A stretch of 63,970 bases of DNA, counting the filler, from Klebsormidium nitens (Eukaryota; Plantae; Klebsormidiophyceae), in NCBI GenBank assembly GCA_000708835.1. It is 6 parts of 6 records of this genome, joined end to end, with 100 filler letters (N's around TTAATTAATTAA, not from the genome) between each part and the next. Parts side by side here need not be neighbours in the genome. Positions count along the whole stretch, not along the records: positions 27,126 to 29,645 come from DF238674.1; positions 29,746 to 37,115 come from DF238296.1; positions 37,216 to 62,094 come from DF237463.1; 3 more parts are not named here. One strand, 5' to 3'. A program made the position numbers and the translations under genes. Positions 27,280-37,339 of this stretch are shown here, one piece after another. Under the pieces are notes generated by a model. That model saw only the letters and a program-made list of their open reading frames with translations, searched no databases and had not been told where the DNA came from. Position 1 is the stretch's first letter; the number at the start of each line of letters is the position of its first letter.

Positions 27280-27957
27280 ATGGCAGTTTCGTCGAAAGAG
27301 CCGCTTCTTCAGCGGAACAAGCATCTTCTGAAAAGGTGGGATTTGCATATTTTTCTGGAGAGATTGCACGCGAAGGACCCTTGGCAACTCTCTTTTCGGA
27401 TGTTGCACAACCTCCACAGGGATGGTAGCCACAGCATTGTCATTGAAATCGAAGATGAGGACGAGGTAACGTACGAACTGACGTTCACTTCCACCTCCAA
27501 TCCCAGCAGATTCGTGGTGGAAGGCCGTCTCGACCCCCGCTCTGGGAGCGTGGGCTCGGACTATGAGGAAACGTCCGCGACGATGACGGTAGGCCAGATC
27601 GTGAGGCTTCTGCAGAGGTACACTGTTGCGGAAGTTGCAGCAACGGGCGGCGAAAACCCCGTTCGCTTCCGGCAAGAAAACTTGCTTGGGGCCGAGAATC
27701 AAGCCCGCGTGCGCGAACAGAGATTTGCCCCCAGGCTTCCGCGATATGAGCAGCTTTCAACTGGCCAGGGGGTCATTACGAACGCCACGAACTGGGGCTT
27801 TGGGGGCGGCGTGGAATGGGCCGACTCGCCTGTGTATCTGAACAGTGATGTTGACCCGAGAGACATGCACGTGCGCCACGTCATCCCGTATGACATCATC
27901 GAGCAGGTCAGACGAAGAGGCAACAGAACCGTGCACGGGTTTGACGTTGGGGATTGA
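27280..27957 (+). CDS. Intronless hypothetical protein (225 aa)
   Basis: Uninterrupted ATG-initiated ORF with protein-like composition; no family recognised. Confidence 0.45.
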   Translation: MAVSSKEPLLQRNKHLLKRWDLHIFLERLHAKDPWQLSFRMLHNLHRDGSHSIVIEIEDEDEVTYELTFTSTSNPSRFVVEGRLDPRSGSVGSDYEETSATMTVGQIVRLLQRYTVAEVAATGGENPVRFRQENLLGAENQARVREQRFAPRLPRYEQLSTGQGVITNATNWGFGGGVEWADSPVYLNSDVDPRDMHVRHVIPYDIIEQVRRRGNRTVHGFDVGD

Positions 27958-29004
27958 GAATCGGGGGCGCTAGCCCCACAATTGTGCATGATTGAGAGGT
28001 CTCTCGAATGTGACATCAAAGCAGCAACCGATTCCGGTTCAAGTAATGCATAAGATATATTTGAGTCTATGAAGGTATCGAATGTCTCCAATATACGTTA
28101 TCTGTGGCTATGCATTTGATCTGTGCCACGGCCATGACCTGAGGGGTGCAGGAGAAGCGGGGGCATGGACACTGTGTGATTTTCGTCCAAGCCTGCGGAA
28201 GCGGCCGGGTTTCTTGTCATCAATTTCACTGCTGCTGCCAGGACATAAGTTGTTGTAATTCCTTTTTACGGGTCGCCTTTCGAAACAGCGTTGGAAATTG
28301 GAAGGCGAACTTCCTCTTTGACGTGAGAAACAGCCGCCATGTATGCCGGTTGGACGCCTACCAGAGGGCACAAGTTCGTGTACATCGATCTATCACGACT
28401 GATTAGGGCACTGAGCTGGAGGACAACTTGACCCGCCGTCCGATGCAAGGTACACAATTTGACGGCAGTGCAGCTTTTGAATTTTGTCCTTGACTTTTTA
28501 CTTTTCTTCCTCCTGCTTACCAATTTCTACCGTCATCAGGGTGTCACACTGAGGGTGTCATTAGGGTGTAGTACCTCTGGAAGTCGGATGTTGCCTTCCG
28601 CCCCAGCCTTCAGCTTTCAGAGGCTTGCATGCCAATTACACAAATCTCCGTGACGGTTCGACTCCGAGTACTGGTAAAAGCAAGGAGAGTCTACAAAGTG
28701 ACCGGGTGGACCAAAGCAAGGCCCCTCGAACCCTTCGAAAATTCTGCATTACATTCTCCAGCTGAGGAACTTTCAAAGTGTGCGAGGGACTGAGTACCTC
28801 CAATCTCGCCATTTCTAGAACAAGCGCTCTTCCAAAGCTATCAGCTCCCCTTTCGGTTCTAGCGTCTGAGGCAGGACAGGTGGTAGCAACGCTGGACGGG
28901 CAAACTCTGGTGATTTTCATCGGATTGATTTACACCACAATTGCCTGACTGTTATCATACCTTTTCGATAGAATGATGACGCTGGCCTAAAACAAGTCGC
29001 CACT

Positions 29005-29460
29005 CTAGGTGAGTATCCGTATACAGTCTACTTGGATGATTCTTTTGGAAAGTACCTCGCGAGATGGCCGACGCTCGTAGTCATCTTCCAGCTCATAAGG
29101 AGAGTTTCCCTGGTCTATCCCAACGACCAGATGCACGCCCTTTGCCTGCGCAATGGAACCTGCCAGCGCCTCCTGCTGTGCAAACGGAAGGCAAGCGGAA
29201 GGGATGCAAGTCCAGTGCCAGATTATTGTCTTCGAGGCGTGAGAAATCAAGGACGTTGTCAATGAGGGTGCACAGCAAAATCGCGCTTCTGGAGATTGTG
29301 TGCACCATGCTCTGTCGTCCGCTGTGAGCTCCGACTCGTTCATGAGGGCCGTGATTGCATGGAGGTGGGTGCGTTTCATGACTGCCAAGAAATTCGTCCC
29401 GAGACTTGGCAGAGAACTCCGCCCTGAGAGCCTCTGATGTGACGGCACGACTGCGCACCG
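29005..29460 (-). pseudogene. Ethylene-receptor (ETR1)-like histidine kinase fragment (HisKA to start of HATPase), frameshifted
   Basis: Across three frames: AKSRDEFL/AVMKRTHLHAITALMNESELTADDR.../ILLCTLIDNVLDFSRLEDNNLALDLHPF.../SIAQAKGVHLVVGIDQGNSPYELEDDYERR. This parallels ETR1 [58 protein letters not shown]. The phospho-His is deleted. Confidence 0.75.
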
Positions 29461-29745
29461 ACTCCCGGCTGCGCGCTGAACTCGCGGCCGCGCATCGTCC
29501 GTTATTATACGCTATCGACTTATTTGATATATCGAATCACTACACGACACGTGTCTGGGTTACTGCTTCACCGCGTGACCGTCCGATAAGACCCACGTGC
29601 ACTGCGTGCGAGGGAACCGTCCGATGAGCTTTCGAGACTAAGCTTNNNNNNNNNNNNNNNNNNNNNNNNNNNNNNNNNNNNNNNNNNNNTTAATTAATTA
29701 ANNNNNNNNNNNNNNNNNNNNNNNNNNNNNNNNNNNNNNNNNNNN

Positions 29746-30039
29746 TCGGAATGCTCGCGCGTTGAGCGATGAGCACTCAGCTGACGTGAGTCCGTTGGAT
29801 TGAGCAGGCATTTTGAGCGCGGAATGCGTCATTCCGCATAAGCAGCCCCCGCTTATGAGCGGAACCCTGACCGCCGCGGCCGCCTGACCGCCAGGCGGCG
29901 CGCGGCCGCGACTAGCTGACTGGGCCACTGAACGAGAAGACGTCTTGCTTAAAAGAAGAAGACGCTCAGTTAGCTCTTCAAGAATACCACAGAAGGAAGC
30001 GCCCGTGGCGCCTCCAGACTAGCTCTACGCTTCTTTCGA
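29746..30039 (+). repeat. Split direct repeat A1
   Basis: Reads identical to 36385-36678; left end truncated by a gap. Confidence 0.9.
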
Positions 30040-30062
30040 TTGGGTATTTGGCGCGAACTAGG

Positions 30063-31097
30063 ATGGAGAGAGAATTAGAAACCCTGATCGCCATTAAAGG
30101 CCTTCCTTGGCTGGTGGGGAAGGACTTTCAGGTGATGTACGAGGGAAGACCAGTCCTGACCATTCTGTCAGAACTTCATCCTAATGGCACTTTCTCCGGG
30201 GTAGATGAGGGTGGTAACCGTTATCCAGGCACCATCGCCCCCGCGGATCTAAGGATCGGAAGGGGAACTCGTTTGAACAACGACCCCGTGATCGAGGCTT
30301 TGAGGGAGTACAAGCTAGAGTGGGAACAGTATACGGTCGCCATCCCCGGCTTTGGAGCCTTTCCTGCACCTCCGCCGCCTCAGCAAGGCTTCCGTCCTGA
30401 GGGGCAGGCAGCGCGCTTTGGGGTTCACCCCCAGGCACCAGGGTTTCCCCAGGCAGGACAAGGGCAGCCTGAAGTGAGACCGCCTCAGGTGCAGATACCA
30501 CAGCAGAATTATGCTTTCGGGATGAATCTTGAACAAACTCCGGCTGCAATGGCTGCGCAGACGCCGGCTATGAGGATCCTGCAAGGGGGGCTGAACAATC
30601 CGTTTCACCCCGCATCCACCGCGAGACTTGAGAAGACCATTCGTCAGTTGGTGTCCAAAGGCACCTTGGAGACTCACTTGACGTCAGTGCTGCGAGAAAT
30701 TAATCCGAAGCTGCCCGCGTGGTCCACCAAGGCAGCCTATCTTTTCGACATCTACCAGGAACCTGACTCTCAGGTGGCACACTTGCTGTCAGCCGTCTAC
30801 CTCTACGCTACGCGGCTTAATTACGTCTCTCCCGACTTGGAGTGGCTCGCCAACGCCTTCGTGGCAGAGAGGAAGATGAAGATCGAGCAGGCGGGAGACA
30901 GCACCACGTGGACGGCGGAGACGAGGGCAACGTTGGAGGCGGAGATTCGCCACGCTTTCTTTGAAAGCAAGGCGAAGGCGGACACGCTGCTTGGCAAGGG
31001 CGTGGTCCGCCCCCTCTTCGACCCAGACAAACCGCCAAGGTCAGAACTCGATCCTACTCTCACGCAGGCCTATGGCTTCCGATTCGGTTCTGTATAA
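30063..31097 (+). CDS. gag-like ORF1 of the YR retrotransposon
   Basis: Long intact ORF directly after repeat A1 and upstream of pol, with a P/Q-rich middle. Assignment is positional. Confidence 0.7.
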   Translation: MERELETLIAIKGLPWLVGKDFQVMYEGRPVLTILSELHPNGTFSGVDEGGNRYPGTIAPADLRIGRGTRLNNDPVIEALREYKLEWEQYTVAIPGFGAFPAPPPPQQGFRPEGQAARFGVHPQAPGFPQAGQGQPEVRPPQVQIPQQNYAFGMNLEQTPAAMAAQTPAMRILQGGLNNPFHPASTARLEKTIRQLVSKGTLETHLTSVLREINPKLPAWSTKAAYLFDIYQEPDSQVAHLLSAVYLYATRLNYVSPDLEWLANAFVAERKMKIEQAGDSTTWTAETRATLEAEIRHAFFESKAKADTLLGKGVVRPLFDPDKPPRSELDPTLTQAYGFRFGSV

Positions 31098-32152
31098 GTG
31101 GTCGTACACAGTTCAGTTGCAACGGAACGAGAACCAATTAATTCCGAGTTCCCTGAGACGCAGGCTTCGGTCGGTCTATAGCCTTGCTAGGGACCAGAAG
31201 GTGGTCTCCTTGGTGATCGATGGTGTTATAATAGCACCGATCACGTCAAGAAATGCAGTCGACTAAATGTCAAAGCCCTGTGGGTCTAATTTTTAGATTG
31301 AACGGTAAGCTGACTCGGTTAGAAATTGGACAACTTGGTTGAACGTCCCGTTAAAGAAGTTGTTCAGGAGAGTTTGTTGGAGCCCTGTGGGCATAGCTAA
31401 AGGAGCTGCGGACAAGTGAAGGTCCTGAGCAGGTGCTCGGCCATGTGCGCCATCGTGACGTCACCTTTTGGGCTTAATGCCCGGGCCCTGTGGGCATGAC
31501 AGGGGTAGAATTGCTACCTTGTGAGTCTGAAGAGCATAAAGCTCGGCCATGTGAGCCATATCTGGGCATAGACGCCCCTCAAATGTGAGACGAGCCTATA
31601 AAAGGCAGGCATGTGTCCTAACGCCGGTTTATGCCGGCTTGCAGAAGGAACAACGGCAACAACAACCAAGGCAACTGGAACCAGGGCAACTGGAACGCCC
31701 CGCCGGGGGGACGGCAGAACTTCGGAGGCGGCCAAGGCGGCGGCCGCGCTAGGTTTGGCCGCGGCTTCGAGGGAGATAGGGAGAATCAAGGGGATCAAGG
31801 AGCAGGGCAGAATAGAGGCAACAGGTAAACCCGCGAGCGGTTCATAAAAATGTGAGGTTACGTCAGTGTTACGTGATCGGTAGAGATAGCTTACGAAAGT
31901 AGGAAAGGATCAGTGAGGCGAGCGAAAGAATGTTAGATGGTCGAAGTAGACAGCGTTAACGACACCTCAGAAGTTGTAAAAGCTGTGCAGAAGAACTGAG
32001 AGATTCAAGTATGTTCAAGAGCCTTCTTTGGCCCCTTTCAGACTCACGACTCCTGGCGCGTGCGTTCAGAAATTCTAACTATGTTCACCAACTGCCAAAA
32101 GTGTATGGGCTTGAATGAATGATCGTCTGGTAAAGTACCGACGGGAAATTAT

Positions 32153-34645
32153 ATGCACGGCTTTAGATTGCTGATGCATCACCGTTGCAATGACAGCGGT
32201 TCATCGCCTATGGCGCCTGCGGAGATCGCGCTGTCCGAAGCGGAGCCCTGTGGGCTCGACGCTGAGCAAGATTCATCGGAACAGCGAGAAGCTGCGCACG
32301 ACCCCTCAGTGGTCGAACCGCACTCCGACAGCACTGGGGACGTGGAACTCAGCTTCGAGTCCGCGGCTGATGAAATAGACCTAGATGCTGATCCGTTAAC
32401 AAGCGCCGGTAGCCCTTCAGATGCGTCAAAGTGGGATTTCGAGTTCTTCTCCTCTCGTTTCACGCCACGTGTCGCGGCGGCAGTGGACGCGGAGCAGCTC
32501 GCCCGCGACCTGAAGTCCCTCCTGACGGAAATCGAGGCGGGGCCGGAATTTAGCGTGATGACAGAAGAGGAGCTGTCAGCTTGGCTCAAGTCGGTCGAAG
32601 AGAAGGTGCCACCAGTCGAGAGTTTCGTGGCCGGCAGTTTCGGTCGGCACCTCCGCGCTTGGGAAGAGTTACTGAAGGATTCCACGCGGCCGGCTTCCAA
32701 GACAGTGCTGTCCTGGTTACGGAACGGCATCAAGCCGTCTTTCGTTGGCACAGCCCAGTGCGACCCCAAGAAGCTGGAGAGGGTGCGGCTCATGCTTAGG
32801 AGAACGATAGGAGAGGCAAAAGTCGGGGAGTGGCTCTCAGGGGAGGTGCCGCACCCTGTGGAATTTCCCAATCACCGCTCTTTTTACGAGAACGCGGAGT
32901 TCGGCATCAAGACGGTCGGCGAGATGTTGGTTAACGGATCGGTTGCGCTTTTCGCGCCGGGTGAGCGCAAGCCTAAGGTAGTTAACCCCCTAGGAGTAGT
33001 TAACCTCCCCAAAGGGCGCCTAGTGTTAGATGCCGGCTACGTGAACGCGTTCTCGAAACCGCACCCGTTCAAATACGAAACGTTGCGCGACATCCTCACT
33101 TTTCTGGGGGCCAACGGCTTCTTCTCGACTTGGGACTTCAAGGCGGGCTACTACCACGCCCTCATTCATCCCCGCTTTCGGACTTACTTCGGCTTCAGAA
33201 TTGGCAAGGCCTACTTCCAGTACAACGCCATGTGCTTCGGCTGGTCCGAAGCCTGCTACGCCTACACGCTGCTTACTCAAGAAGCAGCCAAGGAGCTCCG
33301 GGTCAGGGGTATCCCCGTTTCGAGTTACCTGGATGACGGTTTAACCGCCAATCAGAGCTTTGCTCTGTGCCTCTGGCTCGTTGTGGTGATCATCCGCTTT
33401 CTCACCCTTCTCGGGGCGGTGTTCAGCCTGCCTAAGTGCCAATTCTGGCCCTCCAAGACCGGCGACTGGCTAGGATTCGTGGTCGACACTCAAGCGGAGC
33501 AGTTCAGAGTTTCGGAGGCGAAGTTAACCAAGGTCAAGGCGGTCTTAACCGAACTCCTTAACGCGGCTGACGTCAGCCCCCGTCTCCTCGCCAAGGTTGC
33601 GGGAAAGATCATCGCAATGGGCCCCGCGGTGCTGCCGGCCTCCTTGTTCAGTCGGCCTTTGTTTCAGGCGATGCAAGGTCGCATCTCCTGGGATGAAGTT
33701 TTTCCCACGCCGTTGGCGGCCAAAACCGCCGCTAAACTCTTCTTGGAGCGTCTCGACGACTGGAACGGAAGGCGGTGGTTTCCCCGCCGAGTCCTAATCG
33801 AAGCTGCTTCCGACGCATCCGACTTCGGGTTCGGGGGATCCCTCTACATCGCCGGCAGCCCCCCCTTCCACGTGGCAGGTTCTTTGACGGAGGCAGAGGT
33901 TAAGCAGTCGAGTACGGCGCGCGAAATGGTGGGTTTTCTTCGCGTTCTTCAACAGGCTGTCCTTCACCACCGCCCTCTCCTCTCCGGGGCCGCTGTTTTG
34001 CTGATTGGCGACAACCAAGGCGCGGTGGCGGCCGTCAATAGTATGAGAAGCTCGGCGCCCGACGTAAACGGGGTTCTCCAGGAGATATTCACGCTCTGTT
34101 CAGAAGGAGATTTCGACGTCCTAGCTCAGTGGAAACCGCGCGCAGAACTGGCAGTAGAGGACGCGCTTAGTCGGGTGCCAGACGCTTCCGACTGGGGCCT
34201 TGCCCCGGCTGTCCTGAAAGCCGCCGTCTCGCTGTTCGGACAGCCAGACGTGGACCTCTTCGCTTCGGACACGTGGCATGTAGCAGAGCGGTTTGTGACC
34301 CCTCGCTACATGCCGGGCTGCTGTGCAGTCGATGCCCTTCGAACGGACTGGCGGACTCTTGTAGAGCAAGGCGAGACGGCGTGGATATTCCCGCCGGTGA
34401 GGGCATTGCCAAGCGTCATTCAGTCCATCCGCAACTTTAGAACGGATGCGATCCTGGTAGTCCCGGAAGCGACCACCACTAATTGGTGGCTAGAGTTAAT
34501 GCACTTAGGCAGTGACGCGAGCATGGCAGGCCCGCTCGAGATTGAGCGATCCACGGATGCGTGCATTCCGAGCAGGCGAGTGCCTGCCGGAACCGTAAAC
34601 CCCGCTTTGTACAAGCTCAGAGTATTCAAAATAAACTGGAAGTAG
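32153..34645 (+). CDS. pol ORF: reverse transcriptase, RNase H and DIRS-type DNA N6-adenine methyltransferase-like domain
   Basis: RT: GRLVLDAGYVN, WDFKAGYYH, MCFGW, YLDDGL. RNase H: SDASDFGFGG, SSTAREM, GDNQGAV, DALSR. MT: DVDLFAS and WIFPP. Confidence 0.92.
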   Translation: MHGFRLLMHHRCNDSGSSPMAPAEIALSEAEPCGLDAEQDSSEQREAAHDPSVVEPHSDSTGDVELSFESAADEIDLDADPLTSAGSPSDASKWDFEFFSSRFTPRVAAAVDAEQLARDLKSLLTEIEAGPEFSVMTEEELSAWLKSVEEKVPPVESFVAGSFGRHLRAWEELLKDSTRPASKTVLSWLRNGIKPSFVGTAQCDPKKLERVRLMLRRTIGEAKVGEWLSGEVPHPVEFPNHRSFYENAEFGIKTVGEMLVNGSVALFAPGERKPKVVNPLGVVNLPKGRLVLDAGYVNAFSKPHPFKYETLRDILTFLGANGFFSTWDFKAGYYHALIHPRFRTYFGFRIGKAYFQYNAMCFGWSEACYAYTLLTQEAAKELRVRGIPVSSYLDDGLTANQSFALCLWLVVVIIRFLTLLGAVFSLPKCQFWPSKTGDWLGFVVDTQAEQFRVSEAKLTKVKAVLTELLNAADVSPRLLAKVAGKIIAMGPAVLPASLFSRPLFQAMQGRISWDEVFPTPLAAKTAAKLFLERLDDWNGRRWFPRRVLIEAASDASDFGFGGSLYIAGSPPFHVAGSLTEAEVKQSSTAREMVGFLRVLQQAVLHHRPLLSGAAVLLIGDNQGAVAAVNSMRSSAPDVNGVLQEIFTLCSEGDFDVLAQWKPRAELAVEDALSRVPDASDWGLAPAVLKAAVSLFGQPDVDLFASDTWHVAERFVTPRYMPGCCAVDALRTDWRTLVEQGETAWIFPPVRALPSVIQSIRNFRTDAILVVPEATTTNWWLELMHLGSDASMAGPLEIERSTDACIPSRRVPAGTVNPALYKLRVFKINWK

Positions 34646-34744
34646 GACGTACAGGTGGTAGCAACGGTCGAGAAGTTTGGTGCAAATGACTACAAAACTC
34701 AGACATAACACAACTGTGCAGCCGCCTGACTAGAGGACGCCATG

Positions 34745-34860
34745 GGTCGAGTCTTAGTGACGCAGAATTTTGGATCAGCCTAGAGCGACTGTGGCACGTA
34801 TTGGTCGAGTCTTAGTGACGCAGAATTCTGGATCAGCATAGAGCGATTGTGGCACGTATT
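34745..34860 (+). repeat. 58-bp tandem duplication between the converging pol and YR stop codons
   Basis: GGTCGAGTCTTAGTGACGCAGAATT...GTGGCACGTATT twice, with about 3 mismatches. Confidence 0.85.
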
Positions 34861-35053
34861 AGTAGTCAGAATCGAATGCATTCAATAAGCGCACCTTGGG
34901 CAGCGCGCGCGCGAGCGCCTCACATGTGCAAGCAAGGGCCAAAAATTTGTCACGGCACTCAAACAACTGCCTATGCGTCAAGCTGAAGCGCTTGTTGAAA
35001 TCGTGACCACGAATTGGCCGTCAATTACAAAAGTTCTCTGAGTCGCAAAGTTC

Positions 35054-36094
35054 TCACTTGCGCCACACTTCCTCTACATATAATCGGAAGGCCGCATAAC
35101 TCTTCCACCTCCCTAACTCCATTAACTGCTTAACGTTATAGTTCAGGTTCACCGCCGCATGCTGGACGGCGGAGCGACGGAAGCTATGCACAGTTTCGCC
35201 CTCGAACAGTCCGGCTTCCTTAAGCCGCTTTTGCAACCTTTTTCTCAAGGTGTCGCTGCTCATTGGCTCATTAACAAAACCGGTCCGACTCCTATTCATG
35301 GCCCGGAACAGGAAGCCATCCTCTCCGACTGGATGCCCTCCTTCTACCATACCGAGTAACAACGCCTCAGCAGCCGCCACGAAGGTTAGCCGGCTCTGAG
35401 ATTCCGGCGCCGCGAGCGGAATCCGCGCGCTGGGCTCCTGCCGGACTGTCTTACTCCAACCCGGGTAAGCCACCTGTTCCTCCAACTCCACTTGCCGTCG
35501 TTGCAGCTGCCCGCACTCCTTCCCCCGTGCGAGCGTCTCCCAAAGATACAACACGGCCGCCTGGTCCGTCAACAGAACGCACCTCTCTAAACCAGGGGAG
35601 CTCTCCTGGATCAGCCGCGCAAGGTGAGCTAGCAGTGCGTCCAGCTTTGCTTCCGTGAAGACTTTAGCGCACTGAACCTTCACCCCCTGCTCGTGCAACA
35701 TCTTCTCGTATCCCACGCGGAATGACTTCACCACCTCGGCTTTGGCGGGATTGGCCCGCCCTTCGAAACCGAGGAGGGAGTAAGACTTTGATAAGTCTTT
35801 TACCACGTGGGTCACAGCAGACGCTGACGGGATGGGCTCCCCCGTCCCGGGCAGCTTGGTCCTGCAACCGGCCTTATGATTGGGAATCCAATCCCCCAGG
35901 ATGAACGCCCCAACGTCAGCAGCCGTGGCGGTCTCGACCGTAACCCCGAATGCATTCCGCGCCAGGAAGTCTTGGTATTGCTGGAACGTCCGCTTGCGGC
36001 TGCTGTTGCTGGCTGCGTTAACACTCTTCTCGGCTATCTTTCCGAAGCTCGACAGCGCCCCGTCATAAAACTGCTGAGTCTGCTCCGCACTCAT
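35054..36094 (-). CDS. Tyrosine recombinase of the retrotransposon, antisense to pol
   Basis: LWETLARGKE (R), HSFRRSA (HxxR), LGRWKS (W) and FRLYV (Y). The ORF is open to 36193; the likely ATG is 36094. Confidence 0.9.
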   Translation of the reverse strand: MSAEQTQQFYDGALSSFGKIAEKSVNAASNSSRKRTFQQYQDFLARNAFGVTVETATAADVGAFILGDWIPNHKAGCRTKLPGTGEPIPSASAVTHVVKDLSKSYSLLGFEGRANPAKAEVVKSFRVGYEKMLHEQGVKVQCAKVFTEAKLDALLAHLARLIQESSPGLERCVLLTDQAAVLYLWETLARGKECGQLQRRQVELEEQVAYPGWSKTVRQEPSARIPLAAPESQSRLTFVAAAEALLLGMVEGGHPVGEDGFLFRAMNRSRTGFVNEPMSSDTLRKRLQKRLKEAGLFEGETVHSFRRSAVQHAAVNLNYNVKQLMELGRWKSYAAFRLYVEEVWRK

Positions 36095-36246
36095 TTTTCC
36101 GCTTGCTCCGCAGGTCCCACCCAAGCCCACCCCACGAATTTCCCGCAGCTTTTCCTCGCATCTTCGTTGAAAAGCCAACCTGCAGACGGACAACCACTGT
36201 TATCTTCCATAATTGTCGTTTGGCGCAAACGATTGTCTTTTTGGGG

Positions 36247-36678
36247 CGGCGTTTTCGGCACAACAGAGGCGCTTTGCAGCCGTCCGGGCGCCCCCCAACA
36301 CCCCTATCGGAAGGTTGATATTAAATGGAGCTGACAATTTTGACTCTGTGATTGGTTAGCAGAGTGTTCTTATGATTTTAGTCATCGGAATGCTCGCGCG
36401 TTGAGCGATGAGCACTCAGCTGACGTGAGTCCGTTGGATTGAGCAGGCATTTTGAGCGCGGAATGCGTCATTCCGCATAAGCAGCCCCCGCTTATGAGCG
36501 GAACCCTGACCGCCGCGGCCGCCTGACCGCCAGGCGGCGCGCGGCCGCGACTAGCTGACTGGGCCACTGAACGAGAAGACGTCTTGCTTAAAAGAAGAAG
36601 ACGCTCAGTTAGCTCTTCAAGAATACCACAGAAGGAAGCGCCCGTGGCGCCTCCAGACTAGCTCTACGCTTCTTTCGA
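36247..36678 (+). repeat. Internal B1-A2 junction of the split direct repeats
   Basis: B starts at 36247 (matches 37081-37115) and precedes A2 (36385-36678). Confidence 0.85.
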
Positions 36679-37080
36679 GAAGCTTCGCTTCGACCCTTCC
36701 CACCCACCCTGAGTGGATAATAACGCATGCTAACGCCTTACCTGTCTTCTGCCGGTGGGCCCCATCCTGTCAGCGCAGACTCCATGGCTCCCGGCGCCTT
36801 CACTGTCAAGTATGCTCAAGTACTGCCTGTCTTCCCTTCGCTGCAGAAAGCCATCTCGTACAGACTCGGCCCCGTCGCGTCACGCCGCGCCCGCCCAACC
36901 CCCCCAACCCTGAGTCACCGCGGTCAAACAATCCCGACCGTCCATCGAACTTTCAGAAATGTCGACACCATTAAATATCAACCTTCGGTCCGCGGCGACC
37001 TACTGCGCAGGTCAACCCGTATCGGTCGCCGCACTTCCCCGGACGCTCATACGCTTACCTCCGGTGCCCCTATGCCAACC

Positions 37081-37115
37081 CGGCGTTTTCGGCACAACAG
37101 AGGCGCTTTGCAGCC
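37081..37115 (+). repeat. Split direct repeat B2, truncated by a gap
   Basis: CGGCGTTTTCGGCACAACAGAGGCGCTTTGCAGCC is identical to 36247-36281. Confidence 0.85.
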
Positions 37116-37339
37116 NNNNNNNNNNNNNNNNNNNNNNNNNNNNNNNNNNNNNNNNNNNNTTAATTAATTAANNNNNNNNNNNNNNNNNNNNNNNNNNNNN
37201 NNNNNNNNNNNNNNNGCAGACCAGAAGCCTAGATTCCAGGACTCAAACGTGGAAAGTATATTTTATAAAACAACCAGCTTGCAAGTTCTATAGCTCTCCT
37301 CTACATGCAAACGCTTGCTCTGACCGTCGTCACCTACTC

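Larger units (their letters stand above)
29746..37115 (+). mobile_element. PAT/kangaroo-like tyrosine-recombinase (DIRS order) retrotransposon with split direct repeats A1...B1-A2...B2; both ends run into gaps
   Basis: gag-like ORF, RT-RNaseH-methyltransferase ORF and an antisense YR ORF. A 294-bp repeat lies at 29746-30039 and 36385-36678, and a 35-bp repeat at 36247-36281 and 37081-37115. Confidence 0.9.

Noticed and set aside
29538-29544. CACTACA as the left TIR partner of the 47161 terminus
   Set aside because: Only a 7-mer match (several expected by chance), no matching 3-bp TSD, and two gaps intervene. CACTA at 42807 also lacks a matching TSD.
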